From Acanthaster planci (Eukaryota), in the NCBI RefSeq assembly GCF_001949145.1, contig NW_019091355.1, positions 5,402,517 through 5,466,516 of the forward strand: DNA of 64,000 nucleotides. The letters run 5' to 3'. Both the position numbers and the translations under genes were made by a program. The notes under the pieces were generated by a model that was not told the origin of the DNA, made no database searches, and worked only from the letters and a program-made list of their open reading frames with translations. Positions 27,901 through 39,899 of this stretch are shown here, piece after piece. The number at the start of each line of letters is the position of its first letter. Positions within the stretch are counted from its first letter, which is position 1.

Positions 27901-30900
27901 ACCACACACCTGGATCCTGATGAGGGCATAATTCCACAGTGGGATGTGAGCGTTCCTCAACTTGGGGTTTCTCAAGCCGTCAATGGACCTACAGTGCCAA
28001 CAACACCAATACATACATGTATGCATGTGGTGAACCCTGAATGAACATCAGGCCATGGTTTGATATGAAGTCTGCATAAAATAACACTGCATATTCCTTT
28101 TCCAACTCAGTTTTGCATTCACATAGTCAGCAGTGCTTCTAGGGCCTGTATTACATTGTGACTAAGGATATAAGCACAATGGAACACATACTGTACAAGT
28201 AAAAGATTCATTCTTGTCCTCAAGAGGAGATCTTTGCTTGATAACAAATTCAAACACTCTGTTTATTAGAAGGGGCATAAAGAAACATAGTATAGAATTG
28301 TGAATCATGTGAAAATGCAACAATGAATAAAATCTAGTAATCCTCAATAACTTTGCTGACTGTCCCATCCAAATGATGAAAATAGTTCAAATGTTAAAGT
28401 AATGGGTCACTTACATGTAATGGATAAACTACTGGGAGTTTGGCATGTGATTAGGGTTAGCGACCCATGACCAGGGGGCCAGGGGTTCAAGGCCGAGTGC
28501 TGGCCGTATGTCATGCCCTTAGGCAAACCATTTCACCCTTAACTGTCTCTCTCCACCCAGGAGAATAAATGGGCACCAGCTTTAGCTGGGGAGTAAACTC
28601 AAGATGGATGGGCATCCCATCCAGGGGAGATACAAATATTCAAAGTTATTTCATGCCATGGAAACTGGAGATAAGCACTGGCCTGATGGGCCACATAGGG
28701 TCAACAGACAATATGATAACTACTGAACAGAATTTGTCTTGAGCAGAAGCACCCCCTCATCAGTTGAAAAGATCTCTGTTTGTGGGGAGAGTTCATTTTG
28801 TTGGTAGCGATGAGACCATAACGTGTGCATTTGATACTCGTTTGTGAACCAGCAAAGTGTAGTTCCCAACTAAGCTTCTGTTGCTAGGAAAAGTGTGCAA
28901 TCTCTTGGTTCAGCTCAGGGCTCATAGACGTTTTACGACGACACCACAGTTAATTCAGCTCAAAGTATGAGACAGCAACTATTCAGAGCAGAATCCACTG
29001 GCAAAAAGCTTTGGGTGGAATAACTCACCAGAATCTATTGGCATCCAGAAAGAATAACTGGAAGCTGAGGAGACCGTACAAGTAGGTGTGATTGTTCCAC
29101 GCCGTCTTGTCTAAGAAGAAGATATACCAGTAGGGGATGATGAGCAGGACGCAGCTGACACGGTAGAAGGCACCCAAGAGGATGCCAAGAGCACCTGGAG
29201 AAATGGGGAAGCAACATGAAGTTGATCTCGTTGATGTTCCCAAATCCTTCAAAATCTATTGAGAGGTTTCAGAAGATGGGCAGGATTGAGGAACGTACAG
29301 CCAAGATATTATTATTTCAGTCTGGGCTGATGACCTTAATAGTTTAATAGAGTGTAAATACGACCCTGGTAAAAACAAGTTTGCATCTCAAGTTGCCGTA
29401 TTTTCATCCTCAATGTTACATTTATTTGTTCTACAAAACAACGCCATTTCTTTACATTTTGCTGTCCTAAATTTCTTTTTTTCCATTGTTTATTATTGTG
29501 TAAGTACAATAAGTTAAAGAGCAACCCTTTCTCAACCATGTTTTCAATGAGCAAATTTTCAATTTTCATTTTGAACAGAAAACCTATCATATGAACGGTG
29601 TCTTCCCAGATGACATCACCTTCAGCTGACAGAAACTATGGTCTATCTTGTCCAAGAAAGTGCACTTTTTGATACACCTAACCTATTAAAAAGGAATGTC
29701 AGATAGTTCTCATTCATAAAAGAGGGGTATAAAGTCGCACAAAAGCATGAAGAAGAGAAATTTACTGCTTGGACACTTCAAGTACAAGAAATACAAGAAA
29801 TGTACTATCAGGTTCCTGAATGCTGAAGTATTTTGTTGGATTCTGAGAAGTACCAACAATAAATAACAAAGTCTGAAATAAGAATTAAACTGAGTTGAAA
29901 ACAAGATTCAAAGCTGTCACGGACAACAACTCTCATTACAGTTTACTTATTACACGTCTCTTTATGGACCATTAATGTGGGCTTCGAAGTACATGTTGGT
30001 GTATTATGACTGAGAGCCTATGTGGGTGCCACTCCTTTCGTCATATTCAATTCAGCATTTCCCATTCCAGGCCCCTGCCCAGCTAGCCTTTGATGCTTCT
30101 GTCCAACTTCATCACAGGCAATGGCTTATTGCCTGAAGAAAGTCCCACAGTAATTCTCATTTACTTGATTAAGGCAGACAGTGGATATCACGCAGCTAAT
30201 GCCAAGTGACTGTCAGACTCTGGCGCTCAGCACTCAACCAGAGAAATTGAAGCTGGCTCATGGCAACCTTTTGACAGTGAACTTAAACTTGACTTTCAGC
30301 AAATGCAAGATTTACTGGCTGACTTTCATATGTACGATGTTTGCAGAGTATGTATTTCTTACTGCAACAATTCATAACTTGCAACACTCCGAGGTTCCGG
30401 TATGGAGATGGAGTGATATTTGCTAAAACAGACCGGCGGCTCTGTATATTATACAAGTGTCATATTCAATTCAACACATGGTCTGTTCCCAAAGACTTCC
30501 TGGCTGTTGTGTCTGTGAATGAAACAAATTCCATACAATGTGTCCACATTATTGGCATTAAGAGGCTCTGGCATCAGTCAGCATTTTAACCAGTCAGCTG
30601 CCCTTACGAACACAAATGAATCCGATGGTAGTAGTTATGGCAAACGCTGGATATTTCTGCCTGCCCTAATCAATGGCAAAAGGCACTGTGAAAACTACTG
30701 GATGGAGCAAGTGGTCTGCGGCAGTCATTCTGAATGAATTCAATACAACACTTTCTGCCATTGAAAGGGTCGGGCAGGGTGTCCAGTGACAAGAGGTCGG
30801 CAGGGTGTCCAGTGACAAAGGGTCGGCAGGGTGTCCAGTGACAAGGGGTCGGCAGGTGTCCTGTGACAAGGGGTCGGCAGGTGTCCAGTGACAATGTCGC

Positions 30901-33003
30901 TGGATTTGTCTATCCACTCCGAGCAGAACAAAAGGGGGTGTGTTTGTAAATGAAATTGACGGTCCATTTGGTACCAACTCACCGTATAGGCGTGCAAGTA
31001 TTTGCAAGTTTGATTCAGAGCACGCCAAGGACGTGCAACAACTTTATTCTGGAATGTATAGTCTTTGCGTACATGCCGAATGCATGCAAAAACCCAGTTA
31101 TAACCACTTATCTTTCTTTCGCTGATTGGGGGTGCACTTCAGCTTGGGGAGGATAGATAGTCTGATCTTGTTTACATGGTCTACAGTGCAAATTGGTTTA
31201 ATGGGACACTGCTACTATTATTAATCAAGGGGTATGACTTACCAATGAGCATGACCAGGTAGACCACATACATCCAGTCAACGGGCAGGGGTTGGAGGAT
31301 GTTGAAGAGGGGGAAGTGACAATGGTTGGGATTGCCGAAGCGAACATCAATCCTGGACATGCCCCTTTCCTGTGGAATGTCTATCAGCATCAGGATGGCT
31401 GGCAATGCAGAAGAAATTATGATGTAACGGAGATGTTTTTTCATTCAATACTGAAATTATCAAAAACCGTTTTGACCTTTCACTCAAACCATTTGGGATT
31501 CAGCTTCTCTACTCTGCAGCCAATTTCAAGAAACATGAGGCAACTTTGAACCACGCATAAACCTTGCACCACAAATTTATGCCGTAGCTGCACAACATAC
31601 ATGTACAAGTTTACATTTGATTTCAGGAAAAGTTACGCAGCTGCGCCATGTTTTAACAATATTAAATTTCTTGGACGAGGACAAAAACAGCTTTTACAAG
31701 AGCTGTTTCTTTCCAATATAAAAACTGTCATCAAACAGTCACTGAATCACAACTGCCCACCATTTTGAGAAAGTATTCATCCTTTCTTCGTAGGGACTGG
31801 ACATAAACTCTTGCAGTTCTATCAAAGCCAAACAAATTTTTCATTACCTTCCAAAACAAAGTTGTACAGTACAATACTCATATAAGCCTTGTTAATTTCA
31901 GCAATGATGAGGTTTAACCGAACATGATAAGCCAGTCAAATCATTCATTTTTGCTTCATTTGGTGCAACTTACGTCACCTAAAAATGACTGCATAAATTA
32001 CGCCATGATCTGTTGCGTACGTCATGGACTTACACAGTGCGTAAGTTTCGTGAAATCGGTCTTAATTTGTTGCACACCTTGTGCAATAAATGTGGCGTAA
32101 GTGGAATTATGCCATTGTGTATACTTTTTTAAATCGCCTGCTGGAATGCTCTTGACAGGAAAATGTCTAAATATCCATTGCTACTTGGTGAAATACAGCA
32201 GCAAGTGGACAGACTCCCTTCTAAAATTACAAAATAAAATCTGGCATAGTCTGAGTGATGCACTGAACCAAATGTAAACTAACTAAATGTGCATACCACT
32301 TTCTACGGTGTCAAGAATTATTACTGAAAGCCATTAGATTCAACTATGCACCTATTTTCCATTTTGGTGACAATAAAAAGAACAATAAACAAAGCTAAAA
32401 TCTGCTTTCTTATAAAAATGAGAGCAATGAAGAGATGACATCAAAGCTTCCAGCAAGCTAACTATTAAAGTGGAAACCACAATAACCTGGAAAAACTGAG
32501 TCTACTGGAAACTTTTGAATTATTTGCTTTATTAAGTTCCCGTCAGAGAAAGCATACTTCTATCTTTGAAGCCTATGCCCCACTCCACATGACATCCTAC
32601 TGAAAAAAGACATCATGCAGGTAACAATGTTGACGGTTCCCATGTTCAAAGTCCTGGAACTAAACCAGTACCTTACATGTGACCGATATGGCTGGAACAA
32701 TAAAATCATTCAGAAACCTTAGTTTGAAAGACTAAACAGAACAGACAAGCTATCGTCACACAAATGCAAATGAAACAGAAGTTTCACACCATACTCACCA
32801 TATAAGATTCTAACTAAGGCAAGTGCAGACGGATCTCTTGGTTCATTCATGAGGTTCACAAAGCGCCCCCAACTGCTGACGTCTGCCAATTCAAAGCCAA
32901 ACAACCGCTTCATTCGGCTTAGCTGACTTGCTCCCATCTTGGTTTTATCTCCGTCGTCCAGGTTTCTTTTCTCCTTCTGATCCGAGCCATTTGCTTTGGC
33001 CAT
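12838..33003 (-). CDS. GGCX: Vitamin K-dependent gamma-glutamyl carboxylase; whole spliced CDS, 15 coding exons, 2247 nt, 748 aa
   Basis: Hand splicing gives a continuous frame with GT-AG introns and matching phases. Family motifs: [32 protein letters not shown] (catalytic Lys region), [53 protein letters not shown]. Confidence 0.97.
13602..13752 (-). CDS. GGCX: GGCX coding exon 14 (DVQLNMSDP...[21 protein letters not shown])
   Basis: ccctag| acceptor, AC|gtaagt donor, 151 nt, phase 1-2; resembles the vertebrate NTPF...KLYVFRRS segment. Confidence 0.88.
13856..14401. mobile_element. CAGCYGATTTCA-TIR family, copy 1
   Basis: TIR cagctgatttca / tgaaattggctg; internal similarity to 27156 and 31517. 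Confidence 0.75.
15625..15799 (-). CDS. GGCX: GGCX coding exon 13 ([27 protein letters not shown]...DKLLP)
   Basis: cctcag| acceptor; donor G|gtaggt chosen because it supplies the phase 1 needed by the next exon; 175 nt. Confidence 0.87.
17824..17954 (-). CDS. GGCX: GGCX coding exon 12 ([24 protein letters not shown]...EGEKMQ)
   Basis: tcccag| acceptor, CAG|gtgaga donor, 131 nt, phase 1-0. Confidence 0.95.
18478..18650 (-). CDS. GGCX: GGCX coding exon 11 ([16 protein letters not shown]...FVADFP)
   Basis: ttttag| acceptor, G|gtaaac donor, 173 nt, phase 2-1. Confidence 0.95.
18813..19818. mobile_element. hAT-like non-autonomous element, approx. 1 kb
   Basis: TIR caggccgcgacga / tcgtcgcagcctg; 8-bp TSD aagcatgt / aagcctgt; subterminal TTGCCC repeats at both ends. 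Confidence 0.85.
20815..20969 (-). CDS. GGCX: GGCX coding exon 10 ([22 protein letters not shown]...NGRFSQ)
   Basis: tgctag| acceptor (the frame-preserving choice), AG|gtatgt donor, 155 nt, phase 0-2. Confidence 0.9.
22000..22131 (-). CDS. GGCX: GGCX coding exon 9 ([19 protein letters not shown]...GYLAPE)
   Basis: cctcag| acceptor, GAG|gtaaat donor, 132 nt, phase 0-0. Confidence 0.96.
23160..23385 (-). mobile_element. Diverged SINE sharing the ctctctccaccc...ataaatgggtacc core
   Basis: Reverse complement contains ctctctccaccccagagcataaatgggtacc. Confidence 0.55.
23595..23651 (-). mobile_element. tRNA-like Pol III head (SINE remnant)
   Basis: A box TGGCCCAGTGG and B box GGTTCGAATCCC; no full cloverleaf. 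Confidence 0.5.
23688..23852 (-). CDS. GGCX: GGCX coding exon 8 (ETPKEVK...[12 protein letters not shown])
   Basis: tttcag| acceptor, AAG|gtaatg donor, 165 nt, phase 0-0. Confidence 0.92.
24284..24525. mobile_element. GGGTAATTCCAGAAA-TIR MITE, copy 1
   Basis: TIR plus internal similarity to 37339-37583 (inverted) and 34219-34316. Confidence 0.8.
25028..25185 (-). CDS. GGCX: GGCX coding exon 7 ([20 protein letters not shown]...HCVYAKQ)
   Basis: ccacag| acceptor, CAG|gtacat donor, 158 nt, phase 1-0. Confidence 0.92.
26035..26198 (-). CDS. GGCX: GGCX coding exon 6 ([18 protein letters not shown]...[11 protein letters not shown])
   Basis: gttgag| acceptor, G|gtagga donor, 164 nt, phase 2-1. 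Confidence 0.95.
26828..26934 (-). CDS. GGCX: GGCX coding exon 5 ([35 protein letters not shown])
   Basis: ctccag| acceptor, AA|gtaagt donor, 107 nt, phase 0-2; contains the catalytic KK motif. Confidence 0.96.
27156..27688. mobile_element. CAGCYGATTTCA-TIR family, copy 2 (CAG TSD)
   Basis: cag|aggccgatttcac...atgaaattagctg|cag. Confidence 0.75.
27910..27988 (-). CDS. GGCX: GGCX coding exon 4 ([26 protein letters not shown])
   Basis: ctgtag| acceptor, CAG|gtgtgt donor, 79 nt, phase 2-0; not in the ORF track, translated by hand. Confidence 0.95.
28441..28700 (+). mobile_element. tRNA-derived SINE
   Basis: Degenerate A box, B-box-like GGTTCAAG, core ctctctccacccaggagaataaatgggcacc, then gcatcccatccagggg. 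Confidence 0.7.
29029..29194 (-). CDS. GGCX: GGCX coding exon 3 (GALGILLG...[11 protein letters not shown]...DANRF)
   Basis: ctccag| acceptor, TG|gtgagt donor, 166 nt, phase 1-2. Confidence 0.96.
30767..30894. repeat. Minisatellite, approx. 5 x 25-27 bp (ggtcggcagg(g)tgtccagtgacaag)
   Basis: Direct tandem units visible. Confidence 0.95.
31243..31398 (-). CDS. GGCX: GGCX coding exon 2 ([13 protein letters not shown]...YLVMLI)
   Basis: tgccag| acceptor, G|gtaagt donor, 156 nt, phase 1-1. Confidence 0.95.
31517..32140. mobile_element. CAGCYGATTTCA-TIR family, copy 3 (CTG TSD)
   Basis: ctg|cagccaatttca...aaatcgcctg|ctg. Confidence 0.75.
32799..33003 (-). CDS. GGCX: GGCX coding exon 1 ([10 protein letters not shown]...[12 protein letters not shown])
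   Basis: ATG at 33003; donor G|gtgagt (phase 1); upstream acceptor cattctaaag| implies the exon starts at 33053 with 50 nt of UTR. Confidence 0.9.
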
Positions 33004-34218
33004 GTCTCTGGTTTTTTTTTGGTGATACTGTCTTGGTGGTAACAATTTAAAACCTTTAGAATGAAAATACACAAACACAAATTTCAAATCTACGCCCATG
33101 TACGTGCTAACAACCTGGTAACCCCCAAAATGTCAAATGGTACAATTTGTTTTACTGTTAAATGAGAATTGGTACACTGAGTTCCTTCAGTTCACATGAA
33201 CATAACAATTTGCATTCTCCATACTAAAGACACTGTTGCTATACCTTGTCCCTTGGGGCAAGCAACTGCTTTTGTAAGTTTTGATTGCACTAATTACACC
33301 GTTTTCAGTGGATAAGGTCACAAAGGAACCAGTCTATTCCAGAGATGATGTTCGCTATGCAAAAGCATCACGAGGTATAGCAAAAGTATCCCCAGTCTGG
33401 GGAACTCGAGTATGTCCAATAAGATAACTCAGTGTACCACATTTTATTCCAATTTAACTCGCAAAAGGCTTATTCAGCTCTTGATCATGAATATGTATGA
33501 TAATCTACATAACAATCTGTTGAAGTAGTATGACAACTCCCCTGTGACAGACACCTGTGAAGAGCTTTTCTTTGCAAAGATTAACAAACTAACTAGCCAA
33601 TTCAACAAGCAAGGTGCCTCACAAAATAATAAAACCCACTGAGATCAGCCTCTAACAAAAACACAAAAAGAGGCCTAGGACCACATCTAGCACAGCAGTC
33701 AGAGCAGTGTTCTGCAGTAGGTCTTACAAGACAAGAAAACAAAAATGCAAATGCCTCACACTAACATTGTGATCAATGAACACTTTTCATCGCAACTGGC
33801 ACTGTACTGGAAAAAATTAATTGATACATGTACCGGGTTTGTACATGCACTGTACATGTACATGTACCCCAATAACCTTGACGTCTCATGCAGTACACAC
33901 TCAGAAATTAATTAAGATGGGCTTCTTAGACCAACAGTTTCAAATCTGATGAGACATTAAAGACATATGCAACAAAGCAAAAATGTGAACTTACACAACA
34001 CCGTGCTATGCACACCCACACTGAATAAGATCCCGTCGCCAAAATGACGACCTTTCTCCAGCAAGCACCTCCAGGAGAAATGACACGTGTACTACCCACC
34101 TCTGTGTCTTACATTTCCCCCGACAGAAGACAAACACTTGACAGAGAGTGCACACAGGTCATAACTGGGACTGAGTGATGCGTAGGCTGTAAGGCAGAAA
34201 ATCAATAAATTGATATTA

Positions 34219-34316
34219 GGGTAATTCCAGTAATCAGGGGTCCGTTTTTTTCCTCTCCCTGTCACATCTGACAAATGAGTTTGTAAGTTCAAAACACATT
34301 TTCTAATTTCCAGAGG
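34219..34316. mobile_element. GGGTAATTCCAG-TIR MITE, copy cut by the assembly gap
   Basis: Aligns by eye with the first approx. 100 bp of the copy at 24284. Confidence 0.75.
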
Positions 34317-34400
34317 NNNNNNNNNNNNNNNNNNNNNNNNNNNNNNNNNNNNNNNNNNNNNNNNNNNNNNNNNNNNNNNNNNNNNNNNNNNNNNNNNNNN
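34317..34400. other. Assembly gap (84 N)
   Basis: Run of N. Confidence 1.
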
Positions 34401-36485
34401 CTAACCTTTAGTCAACCAATGCACATGCAAAACACACTTCCTGAATTTGGGCAACATCTGTAAAATGCTACTTCTCTCAAAAATTGAGATACCTGTGTAT
34501 TGCGGACTCCCCTATTTCTTGTCAAATTTCTATACTGATCCAATATTGATAATTGATAACTGCTAACATCTTCATTCATATTTGCCGTTCACTATGACTT
34601 ACTGTCTATTCTTTCTAATTAGCAGGAGAATTTGCAGGTACAAAATTGTGTTCTGATGATTGCATCCTATTTTATGCAGGTAGTAATTCTTTCTTATGAC
34701 AATAAAAATGATCATTTGAATAAGGAAATGAGCATTTGCTATTCACAAACTGGAAAAGATGATTAAAAACCTTGAGTAACAATTGCACACGTGTGCATTA
34801 AAATCAGCTTGGAAGACCACGTATAGACAGGGTTTTACAAAAATGATTAATCATGCATACAGGTATATTCAGACTGAAACCTAAATTGTAAGACTCAAGA
34901 ATGAAATCTCAGCTTTCCAAGAAAACAAAACTGATCCCACCAGTAATATATGGTACACAGTAATTTTTCTCCTAATCCACAAAAGCCAACAGGTGATTCC
35001 TAAACTATCCAGTTTGTACTAATGAATCCGTCTCCCACTGTGGACTGGACTATGTGACAAGGTACATGTACTCGTATTAAATTGAAATCCAACACCCAAG
35101 TTTTCTTACTGAAGACAAATGTTTTGGAAAAGACAAAATAATTCTTAACTAATATGCATTTTCAAATATTTCCCCCATGAGTACACTCTTGTGTACGGGT
35201 CTTGGCCCGGTACATGATGCACTTACTGATAAAAGTGTTCCATGACACCAAAACGTTATAACGTTCCATTCCAACAAACTAAGGCCAACCAAAAAATTGA
35301 ATTTTTCAGCCTTTTTAAAAAGGACCAAAATAAAACAAATCCAACAGCAGTTAAAAATTTGATCCAATGCACGTCAAAATTTGCAACATCAGACTCATTT
35401 TGTATGGCGCAGATAACACATAATGCACACTGTTATTTTCAGAGCGCTGTTAGCAACAACCACTTCTGAACTGGACCCCAATAACCACAATCTTTATTCT
35501 TTGGCATTTTGACACCGTCCACATTGACTCCATTTGTTGACTTAAACTAGACTGACGTGTCGATCGTGGTTCTATGACGCTATGAATTAATCACCGAGAC
35601 AAAAAATCAATTTCTTTTTTCACAAAATAAGATAAAGCCCTGGTGAGCAGCGTTCAATACTACAACAGTTGATAAGCGTGAGAAAGTGCAGCTCATTTTT
35701 TTTTGCATTACATATTTCTTCCTCGTGGCAAAATGCAGGCACTAACAATGTGTGAGATAACGAGGCCACTAAGGTGGCAATTACCTTAAAAACAAAGCTT
35801 GCGTCACTGCCATTACGAAAAACAAACAAGACAATACAAAAGAAACAACAAACTACAAACAGGGAAAACAAAATGATCAACAAATAAACATAATGATGAA
35901 TAAGAGGGCTACAGGAGGGGGGTACATATACACTTGATCACACATCAAGCTAAGACCCTGGAGACTAGGATGCAGGAAATCTATTGCATAAGATAAAAAT
36001 CTAAGTTTCTGCTTGAAACTTAGAATTTAAGTTTCTGCTTGAAACTCTCTGAGAGAAATCGGTAAGCTATTCCATAGTTCAGCTCAATTTACACTTTACT
36101 TTTTGTTTCTCGAATTGCATTTGATTTGCAACTATTTCTTTTGGAAAATCTCAGTGCAAAAAGTAGAGTGGAGTTATACTTCATGCACTCCATGATTCAA
36201 TGATTTCTCTTCCTTCTTTGTGCTGCCTAACTCGCTCCTTGAGTGAGTAAAGTTAAAGAGTAAACAGAACCGAAAAATTGTTTCCTATCAAAAGCAGGAA
36301 AAAAGATCACGGAGGTACGTGGGTAAAATAGCTTGCTTTAAGTTTTTCTACCAAAAATATTGCATGAGCTGAAGGTCACTTTTTTTTTGGTAACAAGTGA
36401 AAGTTTAGAAAGCAGATGGTTGAGGATACGAGAACATGAGAAAAAGGGGCCTGCTAAAAATAAAACACAGGATGATGTTTATAAA

Positions 36486-36671
36486 AAATAAGGCTAAGAA
36501 TGGGAACAGAGGGCGTAAATAAGGCTCAGAATGGGAACAGAGGGCGTAAATAAGGCTCAAAATGGGAACAGGGGGCGTAAATAAGGCTCAGAATGTGAAC
36601 AGAGGGCGTAAATAAGGCTCAAAATGGGAACAGGGGGCGTAAATAAGGCTCAGAATGGGAACAGAGGGCGT
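36486..36671. repeat. Minisatellite, 6 x 31 bp (aaataaggctcagaatgggaacagagggcgt)
   Basis: Direct tandem units, no spacers. Confidence 0.97.
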
Positions 36672-37338
36672 TTATTTTTAAACTTTTTGAAACAAAAACT
36701 GGGAACATACTTTGGGGGGGGGTTACTTTATAAAACACAGCTGACCTTACCAGGATTTCTCCAATTTAGACCAGTAATCTGTGATGTTACTATAGGATAT
36801 ACATCTCAATAGGTAGCAGCCACACTACTCAGCACCAGAAATGTTTGGCCAGTGAATTCCATATGTTCATGGCGTACGTGTACATACAATATTCAAGTAC
36901 GTATAAGCTCCACGCATTACAAATAACTGGAAATAGTATTATAGAGCGAGTACCTACCAGCAAAATTCAGTGACTAATTTTTTTTTTTAATTACCAATTG
37001 CTACATTCTTTTTCACAAGCTTACCAGTAGCTTTGCCACAGTGAAACGGTGCTAAGTGCAAACTAAAAAAATAGATCTGTGGCAGAAATTGCTAGTCTAA
37101 TTAACATTGTTATTTACCTACGTACTTATATAGTCATTTTAGGTTTAATTTGCTTCAACACAAACATTCTAAGCAAACCCAAACAAATTGGTTAAAATAT
37201 CATAACGCTTTCCTTGGTTTCTAGAAACAATCTAGAATTAAATACAGACAAAAAATTTACATTCATTCGTTCACATTACACCATGAATAATTACATTTTA
37301 ACTTTTTTCTACAATGTAAAAAAAAATGCACCGAATGT

Positions 37339-37583
37339 GGGTAATTCCAGAAATTATGGGTCCAAATTTGTGACATTTTTGTGGTTCCAGTTACATCTGA
37401 CCTTTTTTGTTTGACAAGGAAATATCACCGGAATTGATTTCAAGCTATTATTCTTTGTCTGGCAGGTAATTTGCATGAATTCATCACTCTTGGAAATTAG
37501 AAAATGTGTTCTGAACTTACAAAATCATATGTCAGATGTGACAGGGACACAAAAAAATGGACCCCTAATTTCTGGCATTACCC
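37339..37583. mobile_element. GGGTAATTCCAGAAA-TIR MITE, copy 3 (opposite orientation)
   Basis: gggtaattccagaaatta...taatttctggcattaccc. Confidence 0.8.
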
Positions 37584-38435
37584 ATACATATCACATCAGT
37601 CTGAAAATTGAAGATTCTTAATGATGTTAATGCTCACGATGTAAATCAGAACTCATAATTTATTACAGTAAAAACATGCCACACAAAAAAGTAGACTGGT
37701 GAATTAAAAAAGTAAGACGAAAATTCAAAACTTTAGTTCTGCATGAGCAAAGGGAATCTCTATTTCTATACATTTGCTGATACTTTCTGATATTTCGCAG
37801 AATAACTGAACTCAATCTTTGAATTGAAATCACTTAGCTTCACTCTCTGGTAATGGAAATACATGTAATACATGTCCCCAAGTCTCCTCATATTTCCAAT
37901 TGAAACCTGAAACTCGACTGATGAAATACAGTCATGATGATCTTGTCTCTGCCTTATGGAAATGTTAGAGAGTTTATGAGGCAGAAAGTGACTATGGAGC
38001 ACCTAGATGTACATGTAATTTAATTTTGTGTGTTTCAGTCTATTCAGCAGTAAGAACATGAACGTGTGTGGTGCAAAATGACATTTATGGCATACCAAAA
38101 GCACAGACCAGTGTACATGTCCATGTATTCCAAGTCCTCACATTAGCTTCAATGAAGGCTATCCGCTCCAAGCGGAACAAAAGAGGGCGTGTTTTTTTGG
38201 TACTCACTGCATAGGCGCGCGTTTATAATGGAGATCAATAGTGTGTAACAAATTTATTCTTTAATGTATGGTCTTTGTGTACACGCAGAATGCGCGCAAG
38301 AATCTGCTTGGAAAACTTACTACCATCTGTCTTTCTTTTGCCACTTGGGGGAGCACTTCAACTCGGGGTGGATACATGTACTTTTCTCTGCTTCTCTTTC
38401 TTAAAAATAACAGGAAAATTGACAGAGAGCAAAGT

Positions 38436-38749
38436 CAGGGTACCCGCAGAAATCTGAAAACCAAATTCCATAACTTTTCCCAGAACTTTCCAGGACTAAA
38501 ATATAACAATTTCCAAGACATTCAATACCATTTTGCTGAAGGAAGTTGTTTAAAATTTGGTAATTATTAACTGGAAGACTGTCACAGCCACTACTCTAGA
38601 CTGTACATTTATCATGATTCTGTTTGCAAATCAGAAGCACCCCATCAAGACTAACCCTTCCGGGACACCCTATTTTTCCTAAGTTTCCATGACTTTCCAG
38701 GAAAATTTTCCAGAAGGTTTCACAATTTTCCATGACTGTGGGAACCCTT
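38436..38749. mobile_element. hAT-like MITE
   Basis: cagggtacccgcag / ctgtgggaaccct ends with TTCCA(T/G) subterminal repeats; TSD not preserved. Confidence 0.65.
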
Positions 38750-39899
38750 TCAAGATGAGAATTTCAAGTTGTAATATAGAGTAACTTTTACAATCTTGAT
38801 TGGGCTTTTCATGCCCCAAACTAGTCATCCAAACCACAGTAATACATGGCTGGCCTGACTGTAACAGTTGAGTTCAATGAACTCCAGTTGGGCGAATGGT
38901 ACGCACAGTCGTATACAGGGGCGAGACAGGATTCACTGTAGTTTTTTTTTTTTGCTCATGGAGATATTCAGGTAAAAATACTGCAACAAGTAAAGGATTC
39001 ATAATCCCGATTTCATTCATTTCATTTAAAGGGTCCACTTCTGAGTTTAATATGTACATGTATGTACACTGTTTATGCATGATATACATGTACACTGTAG
39101 TTTGAGACTGCGTTGGCACTATGCAATGAAACCAAAACCATTACCAAAATATTCTTAATAATGTGAGCTTTCATCAAGCCGGAGTCACTACTCTATTAAC
39201 CCTAACAGTCCTCAGTCCTCCAACAGGTGAAGGATTGAGGACTGTTAGGGTTAATATAAAGGAGTTGAACCATAAACAAAATGAGACTGCTCTTTGCATA
39301 TGTAAGAACAATATTCGTTATCACACGAGTGCAAATGGAACACAAAAAATAAAGTGTCCTGTATACCAAGACACCAAAGGCCAAATATCATTGGCCAATC
39401 GCTGAAGAAAATTTCCCTACCTTTGACAAGTTTATGGAGTTCATGCCTCACATAATTCGTCTAAACTATGGCACTTCATTGATCACATAATAAAAACTCG
39501 TTTTTGCGAGCACAAGCTGTTGATGTAAACAAAATGACTTGGGTACATGCTGTACGTGGCACATGCCCTTGATTTACATTTCTTGATTTAAATTTGTTTA
39601 ATTCTGTAACAAAAGAAATGACTCGAAGACAATTAAAACGTATGCAGCTATCACATGGAATGGAACTTGTCTCCAAATTTTATTTTAAAAAAGAATTAAA
39701 TTTTAAAAAATCTGATTGTAATTTTTTTTCAGAAACATCGCCAAACCCGTCTGTTAAGGTAGAATCATTGTTTGGATTTTGATAAGCCAGTACTGATTAA
39801 TTGGCAAAATTATCAAGGCAAAACAATCAATCAATCTTGGCCCTGCATGATATACGTGAAAGTCAAACCTGGTTATCAAGCCAGGGATACATGTTTGTA

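Noticed and set aside
30666..31028. Three overlapping repetitive minus-strand ORFs
   Set aside because: Produced by the stop-free minisatellite.
36486..36671. 31-bp repeat array as a CRISPR
   Set aside because: Units are contiguous with no unique spacers, there are no cas genes, and the context is eukaryotic.
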